NCBI GenBank assembly: GCA_965204745.1
Contig: OZ242010.1
Span: 4,256,001 to 4,320,000 of the forward strand
Source: Candidatus Latescibacterota bacterium
GTDB lineage: Bacteria; Latescibacterota; UBA2968
Reading direction: 5' to 3'
Length of the DNA stretch: 64,000 nt
Of this stretch, positions 11,266 through 22,716 are shown one piece after another. How positions within the stretch are numbered: the stretch's first letter is position 1; each line of letters begins with the position of its first letter. A program made the position numbers and the translations under genes. Under the pieces are notes generated by a model. That model was not told the origin of the DNA. It ran no database searches and saw only the letters and a program-made list of their open reading frames with translations.

Positions 11266-12665
11266 GGGTTATCCTCTGAAACGTTCGGCTCGCCCAAAAT
11301 GCCCGCGCTGCGTTCCAACTGCACGAGGGCGACCGCGAGATCGCGTCGTGCCCGGGCGAGTTCGGCTTCGGCGCGCTGTAAGGTGAGTTGTCCGTCGATG
11401 ACTTCGAGTTGGGTGCCCACGCCGTTTTCATATCGGGATTCGGCGATTTTCATGCCTTGCCGGGCGAGGTCAACGGCCTGTTGCTGCGCCCGTTTTCTGG
11501 CGAGAAGTTCCAGGACATTGCGCCGCGCTCGCACGACGGTGAACCGCACGTCGCGCTCGGTCTGCTTTCGCGCCAACTCGGCGCGCCGCGTGTCGGCACG
11601 GGCTTGGGCCACCCGCGCACGGGTGCGAAAGCCGTCGAAGATGGGGATTTTGAGGGTGACGCCCGAAAACCAACTCTGGCGAAAATCGCCCTTGGCAAAC
11701 TCAAATTCGTTCTTTTGCGCTTGCCACTGTCCATTGACGATCAAATCCAGGGTCGGGCGCGATTCGGATCGGGCAACGGCCTCCGTGCGTTGGCGCATTT
11801 CGACCTCGAGGCGGCGTTGCCGCGCCAGGGGACGCATGCGCGTGGCGAGATCGATCAGGTCTGCCTCGGTGCCGTGGGATAAAAGATCGGGTTTGTCGCG
11901 AAAAGTCCCGTGCGGCGCGATGGGTTCGCCATGATCGAGGCCGATCTGATTTTTGAACGCAAGTGCCGCCAAGACACGCGCATTTTCCGTGCGGATGGAG
12001 TCCGTCCGCAATTCGGCCACCTGCACCTGTGCGCGCAACAAATCGTAATTTGACACGCGCCCGGCCTCGCGCAACTTTTCCACGCGCCCGAAATTTGCCC
12101 GCGCCCGCGCCACGGCCAATTCGCTGACGCGCACGAGTTCCCAAGCCAGCAACAGATCGTAAAAAGCCGTTTCGACCCGCGTGTGTACGTCCTGTTGCAC
12201 AGCGCGCACCTGCTCCGTTGAAAAGGCCGCAACCAGACGCGCAATCCGCAGGCCGGCGAACGATTTCCCCCCGCCGAAAAGGGGTTGTCGGATGCCGATA
12301 GTACCGCTGAGGTTGTTGTGCGCGCCCACGGTAAATTGTTGTTGGCCCGCTGGTGTGTCAAAGAAAAAGGTGGGCAACAAATAGTTGCGCGTGTACTGCA
12401 AGGTAAGATCGAATTGGGGGAGAAAATCGGCCATGCCTTCGCGGATCTGGAGGCGCGAGTTGTGCAGGTCTTCACGCGCGATTTGCAGATCTTCATTGTG
12501 CGATAGCGCGTGCTGCAAACTCTCTTCGAGCGTCAGGGGGCGGGAATGGGCTTTGGGAAGCCCGAAAGCGAGAATCAGAAGCCCGATGCGATACAGGCAT
12601 CGGCAAACAAAAATGTATGTCATCGGCATTTGGAGAGGTTGGGATTTACGGATGTCGGCATCCAT
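11262..12665 (-). CDS. TolC-family outer membrane efflux protein
   Basis: LTLEESLQHALSHN, LPQFDL, LKIPIFDG, RYENGVGTQLEVID; exact start uncertain. Confidence 0.92.
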   Translation of the reverse strand: MDADIRKSQPLQMPMTYIFVCRCLYRIGLLILAFGLPKAHSRPLTLEESLQHALSHNEDLQIAREDLHNSRLQIREGMADFLPQFDLTLQYTRNYLLPTFFFDTPAGQQQFTVGAHNNLSGTIGIRQPLFGGGKSFAGLRIARLVAAFSTEQVRAVQQDVHTRVETAFYDLLLAWELVRVSELAVARARANFGRVEKLREAGRVSNYDLLRAQVQVAELRTDSIRTENARVLAALAFKNQIGLDHGEPIAPHGTFRDKPDLLSHGTEADLIDLATRMRPLARQRRLEVEMRQRTEAVARSESRPTLDLIVNGQWQAQKNEFEFAKGDFRQSWFSGVTLKIPIFDGFRTRARVAQARADTRRAELARKQTERDVRFTVVRARRNVLELLARKRAQQQAVDLARQGMKIAESRYENGVGTQLEVIDGQLTLQRAEAELARARRDLAVALVQLERSAGILGEPNVSEDNP

Positions 12666-13518
12666 GCGAGCATAGTCTGTCTGCCAGGGTCAGCGCTTGG
12701 GCGGTTTCTGCGACATCGTGGACCCTCACCATGTGTACGCCTGCGAGGGCGGCGACAGTGGCGGCGGCAAGGCTACCCGCCAAGCGGTGGCGCGGATGGT
12801 CTTGCGGCGCGGTGAACTGCTTGCGCGATGGCCCGATGAGAACCGGGTATCCCAAGGCGTGGAACTCGGGCAATCGGCCGAGGAGGGCGATATTGTGCGC
12901 GTACGCCTTGCCAAACCCCAACCCCGGATCGACTGCGATCTGCGACCGCGCAATGCCTATCGCTATCGCCTCGTCGATTCGCGCCCGCAAAAAATTGGAC
13001 ACATCGACCACCACATCCTCGTAAACCGGATTTTGCTGCATGGTCGCGGGCGTGCCTCGCATGTGCATTAGAATAATCGCGGCTCCCGTGTCTGCGATCA
13101 ACTCGCCCATGCGGGCGTCAAATCTAATGTCGTTGACAATCGTCGCGCCGCTGTCGATGGCCTGCCGCGCGACGGCGGCTTTGGTCGTATCTATCGAAAT
13201 GGGAATGTCGATTTGCGGCGCAATCGCTTTGATAATGGGCAGGATGCGATCCAATTCTTCTCGTGTAGAAACCGGGGCCGCCCCTTTGCCATAAGGCCCG
13301 GCCGGGCGCGAGGATTCGCCCCCAATGTCGATGATGTCGGCCCCTGCTTCGACCAATGCGAGCGCGCGATCAATCGCTTTGCCCGATTCGCAATAAAGGC
13401 CCCCGTCCGAGAACGAATCCGGCGTGACATTGAGCACGCCCATAATCAGCGTGCGCTGACCGAGCGAGAGGGACGCGCCGCAATGGGAAAGTCGGTATGT
13501 GGGACGGAGGTGTTTCAT
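12646..13518 (-). CDS. folP: Dihydropteroate synthase
   Basis: IMGVLNVTPDSFSDGG, DIGGES, ISIDT, DPGLGFGK, SRK, RVHDV; start set at ATG 13518. Confidence 0.96.
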   Translation of the reverse strand: MKHLRPTYRLSHCGASLSLGQRTLIMGVLNVTPDSFSDGGLYCESGKAIDRALALVEAGADIIDIGGESSRPAGPYGKGAAPVSTREELDRILPIIKAIAPQIDIPISIDTTKAAVARQAIDSGATIVNDIRFDARMGELIADTGAAIILMHMRGTPATMQQNPVYEDVVVDVSNFLRARIDEAIAIGIARSQIAVDPGLGFGKAYAHNIALLGRLPEFHALGYPVLIGPSRKQFTAPQDHPRHRLAGSLAAATVAALAGVHMVRVHDVAETAQALTLADRLCSHGCRHP

Positions 13519-13564
13519 AAAATAAAAAGAGATGGCAACCGCCATCTCTTTGAGAAGGGGAAGA

Positions 13565-15730
13565 TCAGTCGCCCGATGGCTGTTTTTCTGTTTTCGAGGC
13601 GTCCGTGGCCTCCTCAACTGACGGGGGTTCGTTTTCAGCGGGGGGCGTCTCTGTCGCGTCGGGGCCTTCTTTGGCGCGTCCGTTTGGCGCGGGTTTTTCG
13701 AGCTCCTCGCCCGCCAATAAGTGATCGAGTTGCACGTCGTCTAACGTTTCGTGCTCGAGCAGTGCCGCGGCCAAGCGGTGAACCTCGTCGATATTGTCGC
13801 TGAGCAACTGCTCGGCGCGCGACTCGGCTTTGAGCACGAAACTCTTGATCTCCTCATCGATCATTTCGGCGACCCTGTCGCTGTGATCGCGCCGCTGTGC
13901 CATTTCGCGTCCGAGAAAAATCTCGTCATTTTCCTGCCCGTAAGCAATGGGGCCGAGTTTTGGACTCATGCCCCAATCGCAAACCATCTGCCGCGCGATA
14001 TTGGTCACCGTGCGGTAGTCCTGTTGCCCCCCGGTCGTGATCTCGCCGAAGACGAGCTTTTCCGCAATTCGCCCGCCGAGCGCGTACGCCAAGACCGCCT
14101 CGCAATAACTCTGCGGATAGGTGTGCCGCTCGTCAATCGGCAAGGTGTGCGTCACGCCGAGCGCCCGCCCGCGCGGAATGATCGTCACTTTGTGCAGGGG
14201 GTCGCATTCCGGGATGAGCTTGGCAACGAGTGCATGCCCGATCTCGTGATAGGACGTGAGGCGTTTTTCCTTCTCGGAAATGACCATGCTACGCCGCTCT
14301 GCGCCCATCATCACCTTGTCCTTGGCATCTTCAAAGTCGCCCATCGTCACGCGGTCGCGGTTGTTTCTCGACGCCAAAAGCGCGGCTTCGTTGACCAGAT
14401 TGGCGAGGTCCGCCCCTGACAGGCCGGGGGTGCTGCGCGCGAGCACCTGCAAATTGACGTCGTCCGAAAGCGGCGTGTTGCGGGTGTGAACCTTCAAAAT
14501 GCCCTCGCGCCCGCGCACATCCGGGCGATCCACCACAACTTGGCGGTCAAACCGCCCGGGGCGCAACAGCGCGGGATCGAGCACGTCCGGGCGATTGGTG
14601 GCCGCGATGAGAATGAGACCCTCTTTGGATTCAAAACCATCCATTTCGACGAGGAGTTGATTGAGGGTTTGCTCGCGCTCGTCGTGCCCGCCGCCAATGC
14701 CCGCGCCCCGGTGCCTGCCCACGGCGTCTATCTCGTCGATGAAAATAATGCACGGCGCGTGATTTTTTCCCTGCTCGAAGAGATCGCGCACCCGCGATGC
14801 CCCAACGCCGACGAACATCTCGACAAAATCCGAGCCGCTCATCAAAAAGAAGGGCACGTCCGCTTCGCCCGCAACCGCGCGCGCCATGTGCGTTTTGCCC
14901 GTGCCCGGCGGCCCGACCAAGAGCACGCCTTTGGGAATGCGCCCGCCCAAGCGTTGAAATTTGCGCGGGTCTTTCAAAAACTCGATGATCTCCTGCAATT
15001 CCTGCTTGGCTTCTTCGGCGCCTGCGACGTCTTTGAACGTGATTTGGGTCTTATCTTCCGAGACCAGCTTGGCCTTGCTCTTGCCAAAGCTGAACGCGCC
15101 CTTAGGCCCGCCTTGCATCTGCCGCAAAATAAAAATCCAAAGCCCGATAAACAACAGCCACGGGAGAAAATTGAAAAAGTAATTGAGCCAGTTGGACGGC
15201 TTTTGAAAGCGGAAGTCAACTCCGTAGTTGAGCCACTCTTCGCGGGACGGGGTCTCGGCATCCACCACGCCCAAGTTCACGACAAAATCTTGAAACTTGT
15301 ACTGCTGCGTGCGCCCCGGCCTCGGCGGGGTAAATTCTTCCCCGACCAGGCGACCGTGAAATTCGTTGTCGAGAACAATCGCGCTCTGGATTTTGCCGGC
15401 TTCGAGATAATCTCGGTACTCCTTGTAACTGAGCACGACATCGCTAGAGGGATCGCTGCCGAAAAACTTGGACGCAAAAATCGCCACCAGCAAAAAAAAG
15501 ACCCAGAAAGCCAAGGGCTTTGAAATGCGCCGCCACCGGGGCCGCTCGTCATCATTCGCCTCTCCCTTGCGGTCGGCATTATCCCGCTTGAGCACGGAAA
15601 AATGGGGCCGCCGATCTTTTTTTTCTTCGGGCGCGTCGTCTTTGGGATCTTTGGAATCGCGATCAGGCGTTTCGTCGGACAAAGGCGTTTCTTCATCCGG
15701 TTTCGAATCCCTGTCTTTGGGATCGGTCAT
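13565..15730 (-). CDS. ftsH: ATP-dependent zinc metalloprotease FtsH
   Basis: [47 protein letters not shown]; start set at ATG 15730. Confidence 0.98.
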   Translation of the reverse strand: MTDPKDRDSKPDEETPLSDETPDRDSKDPKDDAPEEKKDRRPHFSVLKRDNADRKGEANDDERPRWRRISKPLAFWVFFLLVAIFASKFFGSDPSSDVVLSYKEYRDYLEAGKIQSAIVLDNEFHGRLVGEEFTPPRPGRTQQYKFQDFVVNLGVVDAETPSREEWLNYGVDFRFQKPSNWLNYFFNFLPWLLFIGLWIFILRQMQGGPKGAFSFGKSKAKLVSEDKTQITFKDVAGAEEAKQELQEIIEFLKDPRKFQRLGGRIPKGVLLVGPPGTGKTHMARAVAGEADVPFFLMSGSDFVEMFVGVGASRVRDLFEQGKNHAPCIIFIDEIDAVGRHRGAGIGGGHDEREQTLNQLLVEMDGFESKEGLILIAATNRPDVLDPALLRPGRFDRQVVVDRPDVRGREGILKVHTRNTPLSDDVNLQVLARSTPGLSGADLANLVNEAALLASRNNRDRVTMGDFEDAKDKVMMGAERRSMVISEKEKRLTSYHEIGHALVAKLIPECDPLHKVTIIPRGRALGVTHTLPIDERHTYPQSYCEAVLAYALGGRIAEKLVFGEITTGGQQDYRTVTNIARQMVCDWGMSPKLGPIAYGQENDEIFLGREMAQRRDHSDRVAEMIDEEIKSFVLKAESRAEQLLSDNIDEVHRLAAALLEHETLDDVQLDHLLAGEELEKPAPNGRAKEGPDATETPPAENEPPSVEEATDASKTEKQPSGD

Positions 15731-15743
15731 GAATGCCTCTTTT

Positions 15744-17144
15744 TTAGTGTGTGATGGTCGATAGCAGGCCACCGCAAAATGTGGCTTTGAGCACGCGCCG
15801 AGTTCCCGATGTGACCGGGGCGATTCGCGCTCGTCTCAGGCCGACGACCCATAAAATCGTCTCGCCGCTGACCAGCAGGGGCATCTCGCCGCGCAAGGGC
15901 CGGGGAATTTTGCTGTCGCCGAGCAACCTGCTCACTTTCTTTTTTCCGTGCATGCCAAAGGGGTAAAACCAGTCGCCGGGCCGGGGTGAACGGAGATGTA
16001 GCGCGTTGTGAGGAAGTCGATCCAAGTCGAAAAAGGCGGTGTGATCCCCTGCGTTTTGCAAGCGTGCAGAATCGACATGTTCCAAAATGTTCACAGAGAA
16101 TTTGCCGTTGATGTGAAGGGCAATGCCGGGTTTGACCAGCAGGTTATACGCCCGTGATGGATGGGCGATGATGAGCGCGTCGCCCGTGCGATGAGCGGAA
16201 ATTTCCGGCGTGATTTGAACGCTGTGCCCAAAAGAAATGTCGAGAATGCGTTCGACAACGCGGAAACCGATGGCGTTTGCACGCGCCCGCAGGGCAAAGA
16301 GTGCCAGCCGAATCAGGCGCCGCCGAAGGGATATATGATAACCGAAAAAACGCCCGATATCAAGGATAATTTTTCGCTCGTCGCGGTGCAACAGGGCTTC
16401 TGAAAACGCTTGTTGTGCAAGGTGTTCGAGATGCGCGTCGTCATCTTGCAACAGGGTTGCCGCGCGTGCGAGAACGCGCTCGATTTGAGGGTTGTAAGCA
16501 CTTTGCAACTGGGGGATCAAGTCTGCGCGAATGCGGTTGCGTAGGAATTTGGGGTCGCGATTGGTCTCATCGTACCGCACCTGCAACTTGCGCGCGCGCA
16601 CGTACTCTTCGATTTCCGACCGGGAAAATGCGAGCATGGGGCGAATCCAACACCCTTGTGACATGGGGCGAATCCCGCCCAAGCCCGTCAGCCCTGCACC
16701 GCGAACGAGGCGCGACAACACGGTCTCTGCTTGGTCGCTCTGCGTGTGCCCCAGCGCGATGCGATGCGCGCCGGTTTGTCGCTTTACCGCGCGGAGAAAG
16801 GCCCGTCGCGCGTCGCGTGCCGCTTCCTCGATTGATCGCTTGTTCTCCTTTGCTCGCCGCGCCACATCTTCCTTTTGGATATACACCGGATAGCTTTGGG
16901 CGATCCGGTTGACAAACGCCGCGTCCGCATCCGCATCGGGCCGCAGTTGGTGGTTGAGATGCGCCACGTAAAGCGCGAGTCGCCACGTCGCCTCGAGCCG
17001 GCAGAGCAGGTCGAATAAGGTCATAGAGTCCGGCCCGCCGGATAGGGCGACGACCACCCCATCCCCCGGCGCGATCAGGCGTTCTTTTTGGATATACGCT
17101 TCAACGCGGGGCAACAGATCAAACATGTGGTCTTTCAAATTCAT
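15744..17144 (-). CDS. tilS: tRNA(Ile)-lysidine synthetase
   Basis: [38 protein letters not shown]; tilS-ftsH-folP synteny. Confidence 0.96.
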   Translation of the reverse strand: MNLKDHMFDLLPRVEAYIQKERLIAPGDGVVVALSGGPDSMTLFDLLCRLEATWRLALYVAHLNHQLRPDADADAAFVNRIAQSYPVYIQKEDVARRAKENKRSIEEAARDARRAFLRAVKRQTGAHRIALGHTQSDQAETVLSRLVRGAGLTGLGGIRPMSQGCWIRPMLAFSRSEIEEYVRARKLQVRYDETNRDPKFLRNRIRADLIPQLQSAYNPQIERVLARAATLLQDDDAHLEHLAQQAFSEALLHRDERKIILDIGRFFGYHISLRRRLIRLALFALRARANAIGFRVVERILDISFGHSVQITPEISAHRTGDALIIAHPSRAYNLLVKPGIALHINGKFSVNILEHVDSARLQNAGDHTAFFDLDRLPHNALHLRSPRPGDWFYPFGMHGKKKVSRLLGDSKIPRPLRGEMPLLVSGETILWVVGLRRARIAPVTSGTRRVLKATFCGGLLSTITH

Positions 17145-17215
17145 TGCAAAAATTAGACGCCCGGATAGGGGTTGGGGTTTCCCGTATTGAAGTGGTCAGT
17201 GGTCAGTAGTCAGTA

Positions 17216-17611
17216 GGTCGTGTTGACATTTTATTTTTTCACGTTACGCACAGAGTAGCAACTGTGTTGCTTGCTGATTTAAGGCGTTTGGTCCTTTGAT
17301 GGCTTAGGTTGCTCTGATGGCGTTGCGCGAGGGGACCTATCCCCCGGCCCCTTTCCTACGAGGAAAGGGGAGTAAAGTTCCTTTGATGGCTTATCGCTCT
17401 GGTTGATCTGATGGCGTTGCGCGAGGGCATAAAGCGATTAGAAATCCCTCATCAATCCCCTCGCAAAACCGCTCACAGTTCCCCCCTTCCTCGCAGGAAG
17501 GGGGGTTAGGGGGGTAGGTCCCGATAAGGAGCGATTGTCCGAGTTTCTCAAACCGAGAGCCTATTCTGCGATAGGGCTTGGTTTTTTTGCTAAACCGCTC
17601 AAGCCAGTTGC
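17216..17611. mobile_element. Second copy of the IS5-derived MITE (inverted, one TIR lost)
   Basis: TA then GGTCGTGTTGACATTT at 17216; body is a diverged reverse complement of 4088-4517; relic NWLERFSKKTKPYRRIGSRFEKL; preceded by GTGGTCA/GTAGTCA heptamers. Confidence 0.8.
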
Positions 17612-17644
17612 AGGGCGCGTAGGCGCGTGGGGATTGTTTCTTCC

Positions 17645-19264
17645 TTAAAAATACGTATTCAACCGCATCTCCACGCCTTTGAACGGCAGTACCTGATAGC
17701 ACGTTCCAGAGGTGCAAGCCGTGCCGCCGCGGCGTTCGCCTGCGAAGATGATGGCGTCGAAATGCGTGCCAAACCGCGCGTTGAGATTGAGGGAGTAGAA
17801 CGTGCGGTTGCCCGTTTCAATCTCGAAAGTTTCCACGCGATCCACTTCAAACGGGTCTGTCGTGTGATCGATGGCAAGGGCCGCGCCAAAGCCGCGCCTG
17901 TTGTGGTGGAACGAGAGCACGCCGTACGCGTTGGCAAAGCTCGGTTCGTTTTCAAAGTGGACCGCGCGTTGATATTGCATGTCCAAGCCGAGCGTATGTC
18001 CGTTGCCAAGCGTGGTTTCCAAAACCGCGCCGGTCGTGCGGTGCGCGTCAATGTTGTTGAGATCGTCTTTGCCCCAATTAAAAAAGATCGTGGCATTCAG
18101 ATTGTCGAATTTGTACAGATCAAACGCCAAGTGTCTTTCGTTAAAAAAGGTCTGCACAGTCGGCGCCAAATCATTGCGCGCATAGCTGACATTGGCCGTA
18201 AAATTGCCCAACTCGGGCCGCGTGTACGTGGCTTCGATCTGATAGCCTTGCTCGTTGGTCAGCAACAACACATGCGTGGCGCGGTTGAGCAAAAAGACCG
18301 TATGTTCGCGGATGAGCGAAGGCGGGTCATTGAAGCCCAACGCCATGTTGTCGTAACGCTTGTACTCCACGCTCAACCCCAAGTGCGCGCCGCCCACATT
18401 GCCCGATACGTACAGGCCGTGCCCATCAACGCCGCTTTCCCGCCGAGCGTATTCGCCGTAAAAATTGCCGTACAAGCCCGTGTCGCCTAGCAATGGCGAC
18501 AAGTCGAAATCGGCAAACCCGGACCACGCCCAATTATTTTCCACCAGCGAATCCCTAGGCGCGATGTGAATGCCCGTGCTCCCGATTCTGAAATTGGAAA
18601 AGAGCCGTGCGGCAATTTCGCCGCCCGCGACCCAATCGCCGCGCCGGGAAACACCGCGCGGAGGCCTGCCGGTCTTGGCCCCAGGGGGAATGTCGCTCAG
18701 TGCGGGGCGACCGATCAGGGCTTGGGCCTCCAATCTGTCGCCTGTCCAGGCGGCAATCGCGCCTTCGAGGTCTTGCACAGGGGAATAGCGCAAGCGATAA
18801 CTCGCGCTTTCGAGCACCACGCCGGGCAATTCAAATGCGCGCAAAGTAAGCCCGCGCCCGAGAATCGCGTAGTAATTGCCGATCTCCAAACGCGCAGTGC
18901 CGTTATTCCACCTTGCGTATTTCTGCGTGATCTGATACGTCTCCCGGTCCGCGCCCCAGGTGTTATACACTTCTGCCCGCAACCCGGCCTGCAATCCCCT
19001 TTGCGTGAAGTCGATGTTGAACTGGTTGTAAGCCGTGGAGATGGCCGTGGAATCCGACCCCGGCACTTCCCCGCGTTGCACTTCCGTGAGCCCCGAAAGG
19101 GTCATTTGCGCGGAAACGGGCAGTGCAAAAGCCACGAGCAACCACAGATAACCACAGACAACCGCAGGTGAAAACCGAGCCGTGGCATTCCGTGCATGGG
19201 CAGAATCGACGTTCAGCCCCAACGTCTTGTACCTGTCTGAAAATGGCGACCTACTCGGGTTCAT
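17645..19264 (-). CDS. Outer-membrane protein, DUF6029-like
   Basis: Signal peptide; GNYYAILGRGLTLRAFE; C-terminal GGTACTSGTCYQVLPFKGVEMRLNTYF ending in Phe; coupled to a TlpA gene. Confidence 0.7.
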   Translation of the reverse strand: MNPSRSPFSDRYKTLGLNVDSAHARNATARFSPAVVCGYLWLLVAFALPVSAQMTLSGLTEVQRGEVPGSDSTAISTAYNQFNIDFTQRGLQAGLRAEVYNTWGADRETYQITQKYARWNNGTARLEIGNYYAILGRGLTLRAFELPGVVLESASYRLRYSPVQDLEGAIAAWTGDRLEAQALIGRPALSDIPPGAKTGRPPRGVSRRGDWVAGGEIAARLFSNFRIGSTGIHIAPRDSLVENNWAWSGFADFDLSPLLGDTGLYGNFYGEYARRESGVDGHGLYVSGNVGGAHLGLSVEYKRYDNMALGFNDPPSLIREHTVFLLNRATHVLLLTNEQGYQIEATYTRPELGNFTANVSYARNDLAPTVQTFFNERHLAFDLYKFDNLNATIFFNWGKDDLNNIDAHRTTGAVLETTLGNGHTLGLDMQYQRAVHFENEPSFANAYGVLSFHHNRRGFGAALAIDHTTDPFEVDRVETFEIETGNRTFYSLNLNARFGTHFDAIIFAGERRGGTACTSGTCYQVLPFKGVEMRLNTYF

Positions 19265-19745
19265 CTGAGGTTTCCTCTTCGGGTAACAGGACTTTTAATG
19301 AGTCGATGAGCGGTTGCACATCGGACAGTCCGGCCTGCCGCAACACAATTTCTCGATCAGGCGCGATGAGGAGTGTCGTGGGCAAGGCCCGAACTTGCAT
19401 GCGTTTCATCACCGAGCCATCCGCGTCAATGGCAATGGGAAAGGTGATGTTGCGCCCTTTCAGAAACGGGCGAATCCGGTTCTGACCGCGCGGGCCGTCT
19501 TCGTTGACGCCCAAAACCGTGACCCCTCTCTCGGCGTATTCGGCGTGGATTTTCTCCAACTTGGGCATTCCCTTGATGCAGGGCTTGCACCACGTCGCCC
19601 AAAAGTCGAGAATCACAGGGCCTTTTTCCAACAGCGCGGACAATTTCACCCGCTCGCCATTCGGAGCCGGCAAATTAAAATCGGGCACTTCGGTTGCCTG
19701 CGCCGCAGACGCCATGAACAGGTAGAGAACGAGAACTCGCTTCAT
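19251..19745 (-). CDS. TlpA-family thiol:disulfide oxidoreductase
   Basis: Signal peptide, PDFNL, LDFWATWCKPC, ALPTT; start near 19745 behind GGAGG. Confidence 0.9.
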   Translation of the reverse strand: MKRVLVLYLFMASAAQATEVPDFNLPAPNGERVKLSALLEKGPVILDFWATWCKPCIKGMPKLEKIHAEYAERGVTVLGVNEDGPRGQNRIRPFLKGRNITFPIAIDADGSVMKRMQVRALPTTLLIAPDREIVLRQAGLSDVQPLIDSLKVLLPEEETSDEPE

Positions 19746-20093
19746 GATGCACCTCCAAAAAGAACGATGAACAGGTCGGCCCCCAACCATTGGACGCCAT
19801 CCACCTGTTCATAATTAAGACCATTTACCACCCGATGTCAACCACCTGTTGCCACGTAACGTACTCCCCTTGCTGAATCAGAGGGGATCCTAAAAGCCAT
19901 CCTTCAGCGGAGATTGTCCTATCAACAAGGTATCCCCCCGTTGAAACTGGAGGGTCTTACGGGCTATTTAGATAACCGCGTATCCGCCCTCTTGCTACCA
20001 AACTTCTCGTGCCATATATTGAAGCAATCCGCCCCATCGCTTGGGGTTGAGGGGCCGGGCGGACTGACAACTGACAACTGACAGGAGATTATC

Positions 20094-21143
20094 ATGACTT
20101 CAATCGGCATTATCGGACTGGGATTCATGGGCATGACGCACTACCGAGGCATTCGACAGGTGCAGGGGGGCGGCGTGGCGGCAATCTGCACGCGCGATCC
20201 CAAAAAGCGAGCCGGCGATTGGCGCGGGTTGGGCGGCAATTTTGGCGAACCGGGTGGCATCGAAGACCTGTCGGGCATTCGCAACTATGATAAAATTGAC
20301 GATCTGCTGTCCGACGAGGCCATTGATCTGGTCGATATTTGCCTGCCGACCGCGCAACACTGCGAGGTCGCCATCGCTGCGATGCGGGCGGGCAAGCATG
20401 TGCTAATTGAAAAGCCCATCGCGCTCAGCCTTGAGGACGCGGATCGCATGGTGCAAGTTTCCGAACAGACGGGACGATTGATGATGGTCGCGCAGGTTTT
20501 GCCCTTTTTTTCCGAGTATGCCTATCTCAAGCAGGTGATCGAAGGTGGGGAATACGGCGACGTGCTCGGCGCGCATTTTAAGCGCGTCATTTCGCAACCC
20601 AACTGGTCGTCCGCATTTGCCAACATGGAAAAGAGCGGAGGGCCGGGCGTGGATTTGCACATCCACGATACGCATTACATCATGGTGGTGTTCGGCCGGC
20701 CAGACCGCGTGGTGTCTTCGGGCAGGTTGGTGCGAGACCGGTATGTGGAATATCTTTCGACGAATTATCAATACGATAGCCAGCCAGCGTTGTGCATCAC
20801 CTGCGCTTCGGGTGCGATTTCGCAACCGGGGCGGGCGTTTACGCACGGGTTTGAGGTCTATTTGGAGCGGGCCACCGTGCTCTACGAATTTTCGACCTTG
20901 CGCGGCAAACCCGTTGTGACCATGCCCGTGACCTTGCTGACCGATGATGGCGAGGTGCGCGAACCCAGCTTGGGCGATGGCGATCCCGTCGTTGCATTCA
21001 CCCGCGAAATCCAAGCCGCTGTCCACGCCGTAGAAACCGGCGAAGTCCCCAGCGAACTATCGGGCGAAAACGCCGCAGACGCCCTCCGCCTGTGCTTCGC
21101 AGAAGTCGAATCCGTCAAACGCAGACGCGCAGTGAGCGTTTAG
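20094..21143 (+). CDS. Gfo/Idh/MocA-family oxidoreductase
   Basis: IGIIGLGFMG, GKHVLIEKP, DLHIHD; AGGAG RBS preceded by (ACTGACA)x3. Confidence 0.93.
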   Translation: MTSIGIIGLGFMGMTHYRGIRQVQGGGVAAICTRDPKKRAGDWRGLGGNFGEPGGIEDLSGIRNYDKIDDLLSDEAIDLVDICLPTAQHCEVAIAAMRAGKHVLIEKPIALSLEDADRMVQVSEQTGRLMMVAQVLPFFSEYAYLKQVIEGGEYGDVLGAHFKRVISQPNWSSAFANMEKSGGPGVDLHIHDTHYIMVVFGRPDRVVSSGRLVRDRYVEYLSTNYQYDSQPALCITCASGAISQPGRAFTHGFEVYLERATVLYEFSTLRGKPVVTMPVTLLTDDGEVREPSLGDGDPVVAFTREIQAAVHAVETGEVPSELSGENAADALRLCFAEVESVKRRRAVSV

Positions 21144-21185
21144 CAACCAGCCCTTCACCGCTCGTAATTGGCGGTTAATTACAGC

Positions 21186-21290
21186 AATAAGCCAGAATAA
21201 GCCAGAATAAGCCAGAATAAGCCAGAATAAGCCAGAATAAGACAAAATAAGACAAAATAAGACAAAATAAGACAAAATAAGACAAAATAG
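21186..21290. repeat. Decamer tandem repeat, (GCCAGAATAA)x5 then (GACAAAATAA)x~5
   Basis: Read directly; flanked by the direct repeat GGCGGTTAATT (21170-21180 and 21290-21300). Confidence 0.95.
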
Positions 21291-21294
21291 GCGG

Positions 21295-22697
21295 TTAATT
21301 GGCCCTCAAGCGTTTCCACTTAGATCCGTATCCGTGGCCTATAGGAGTAGCCAAGCCCAGTATCCTTAGAGTAGCCAAATCCTCGCGTATCTGACGTTTG
21401 CTAGCTGACAATTCAAGCCGTGCGTGTATCTCGCGCAACGCCAATCCTTTGCGAACCTCGTTCAGCAATGCAAGGATGACCTGTTGCCGCTCAGTCAGGT
21501 CGTGGCCTACTCGCTGGGGCGGCACGTAGCGGCTGGGGCGAAATCGCACGGTTACGCAACCGGATACATCCTCTATCTCAGGTTGCGGTAGTCCGGCAGA
21601 TGTCACTAACTCTGCCATCTTAATCGTCCCACTCCCCCATTGCTCAATAATGCCGCGCCGGTAAAACGCATTGGCAATCAGCGGGTTCCAAGGCTGCGAC
21701 TCATGCGCCATAAAAAGTAACGCAGGCGTTAGCCCAAAGTGCAGGGGACCGGTTGAGGTAATTTCCAAGCGGTCGTCGTAGATGCCCACAGACACTGAAC
21801 CGCCGCCGCTGGTGTAATCCCGGTGACACAGGGCGTTGGCCAAGGCTTCTCGCAACGCCAGTGGTGGGTATAGCGGTTCATCTACCCGCACAAAAGAGTC
21901 TGGCACAACGCGCCCGGCAACGGGCAGGTTCTGGATCAAGAAATGCTCTGCATGGGAGAGAAGCGCGAAGGCATTGCCGCGAAATTGGCGATTGTCGAGA
22001 AATTCAGTGCGACCAACGCCGCGAAACCGAGCGACTCGCAGTAAGCACTGCGGCATCTCGGCTTCTAGCCGGGCGTTGTTGCCAAACAGCACGAGCGCGG
22101 CACGCAAAAGCACGCCATCTTTGACGAGACCCAGGCCGCGCAACAATTCGTTGGGTTCTCGACTAATCGGATTAGCCGTTCTCCCGCGGCGGATGATTCA
22201 TCAACCGTGCGCTGGAGTTCAGCCAGGTCCAAGTCATCAACTGACCAGCCGACAGCAGGCTGGTTTTCCCATCGCTGTTCGCCGTGAACGCGTTCCAGAA
22301 ACATCTGGTCTTCGGCGTCTCGGGGCATACGCCAATTCGTGTTCCCAACGCGCCGATAGGCATTGCCTCGGTATCGGTAGGGAATCATATCCCCGCGATT
22401 CACTCTAACCACCAGTACTTCGCGTCCACCTGCAAGGGGAACCCGGTCAATGCTTGGAAAGGCCGGAGGCTCAATCCGCTGGAACTCCGCGCTTACATCC
22501 TCAATCGTGCGCTCACCCACTTGTTGTCCCGTCACCACGCCTTCCGGTGTGACGCCAATGAAAATGATGCCGCCGCGGTTGTTGAGCATGGCGCAAACCG
22601 TCTTGGCCGCCTCGCGTCGTTCGCCAGTGGTCTTTTTCAACTCCAATGTTTCGGACTCGCCGGCTGCAATTAGTCTTGTAATATCATCGAGCATCAT
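21295..22697 (-). pseudogene. Schlafen/AlbA_2 + RecG-C-like (HATPase_c_4) + HTH protein, split by a 1-bp frameshift near 22195
   Basis: N-part GESETLELKKT, VCAMLNNRGGIIFIGV; C-part YPPLALREALANALCHRDY, IYDDRLEITSTG, PWNPLIANAF, EQWGSG. One added base gives TVDE-x-IRRGRTANPISREPNELLRGLGL. Confidence 0.82.
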
Positions 22698-22716
22698 CGT
22701 CAATTCTCTCCCGATT

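Noticed and set aside
19862-19963. Degenerate CCCCT..AGGGG hairpins in the tlpA/oxidoreductase intergenic region
   Set aside because: Probably decayed REP-like repeats; too weak to call an RNA or an element.
21057-21275. 72-aa hydrophobic ORF
   Set aside because: Translation of the decamer repeat.
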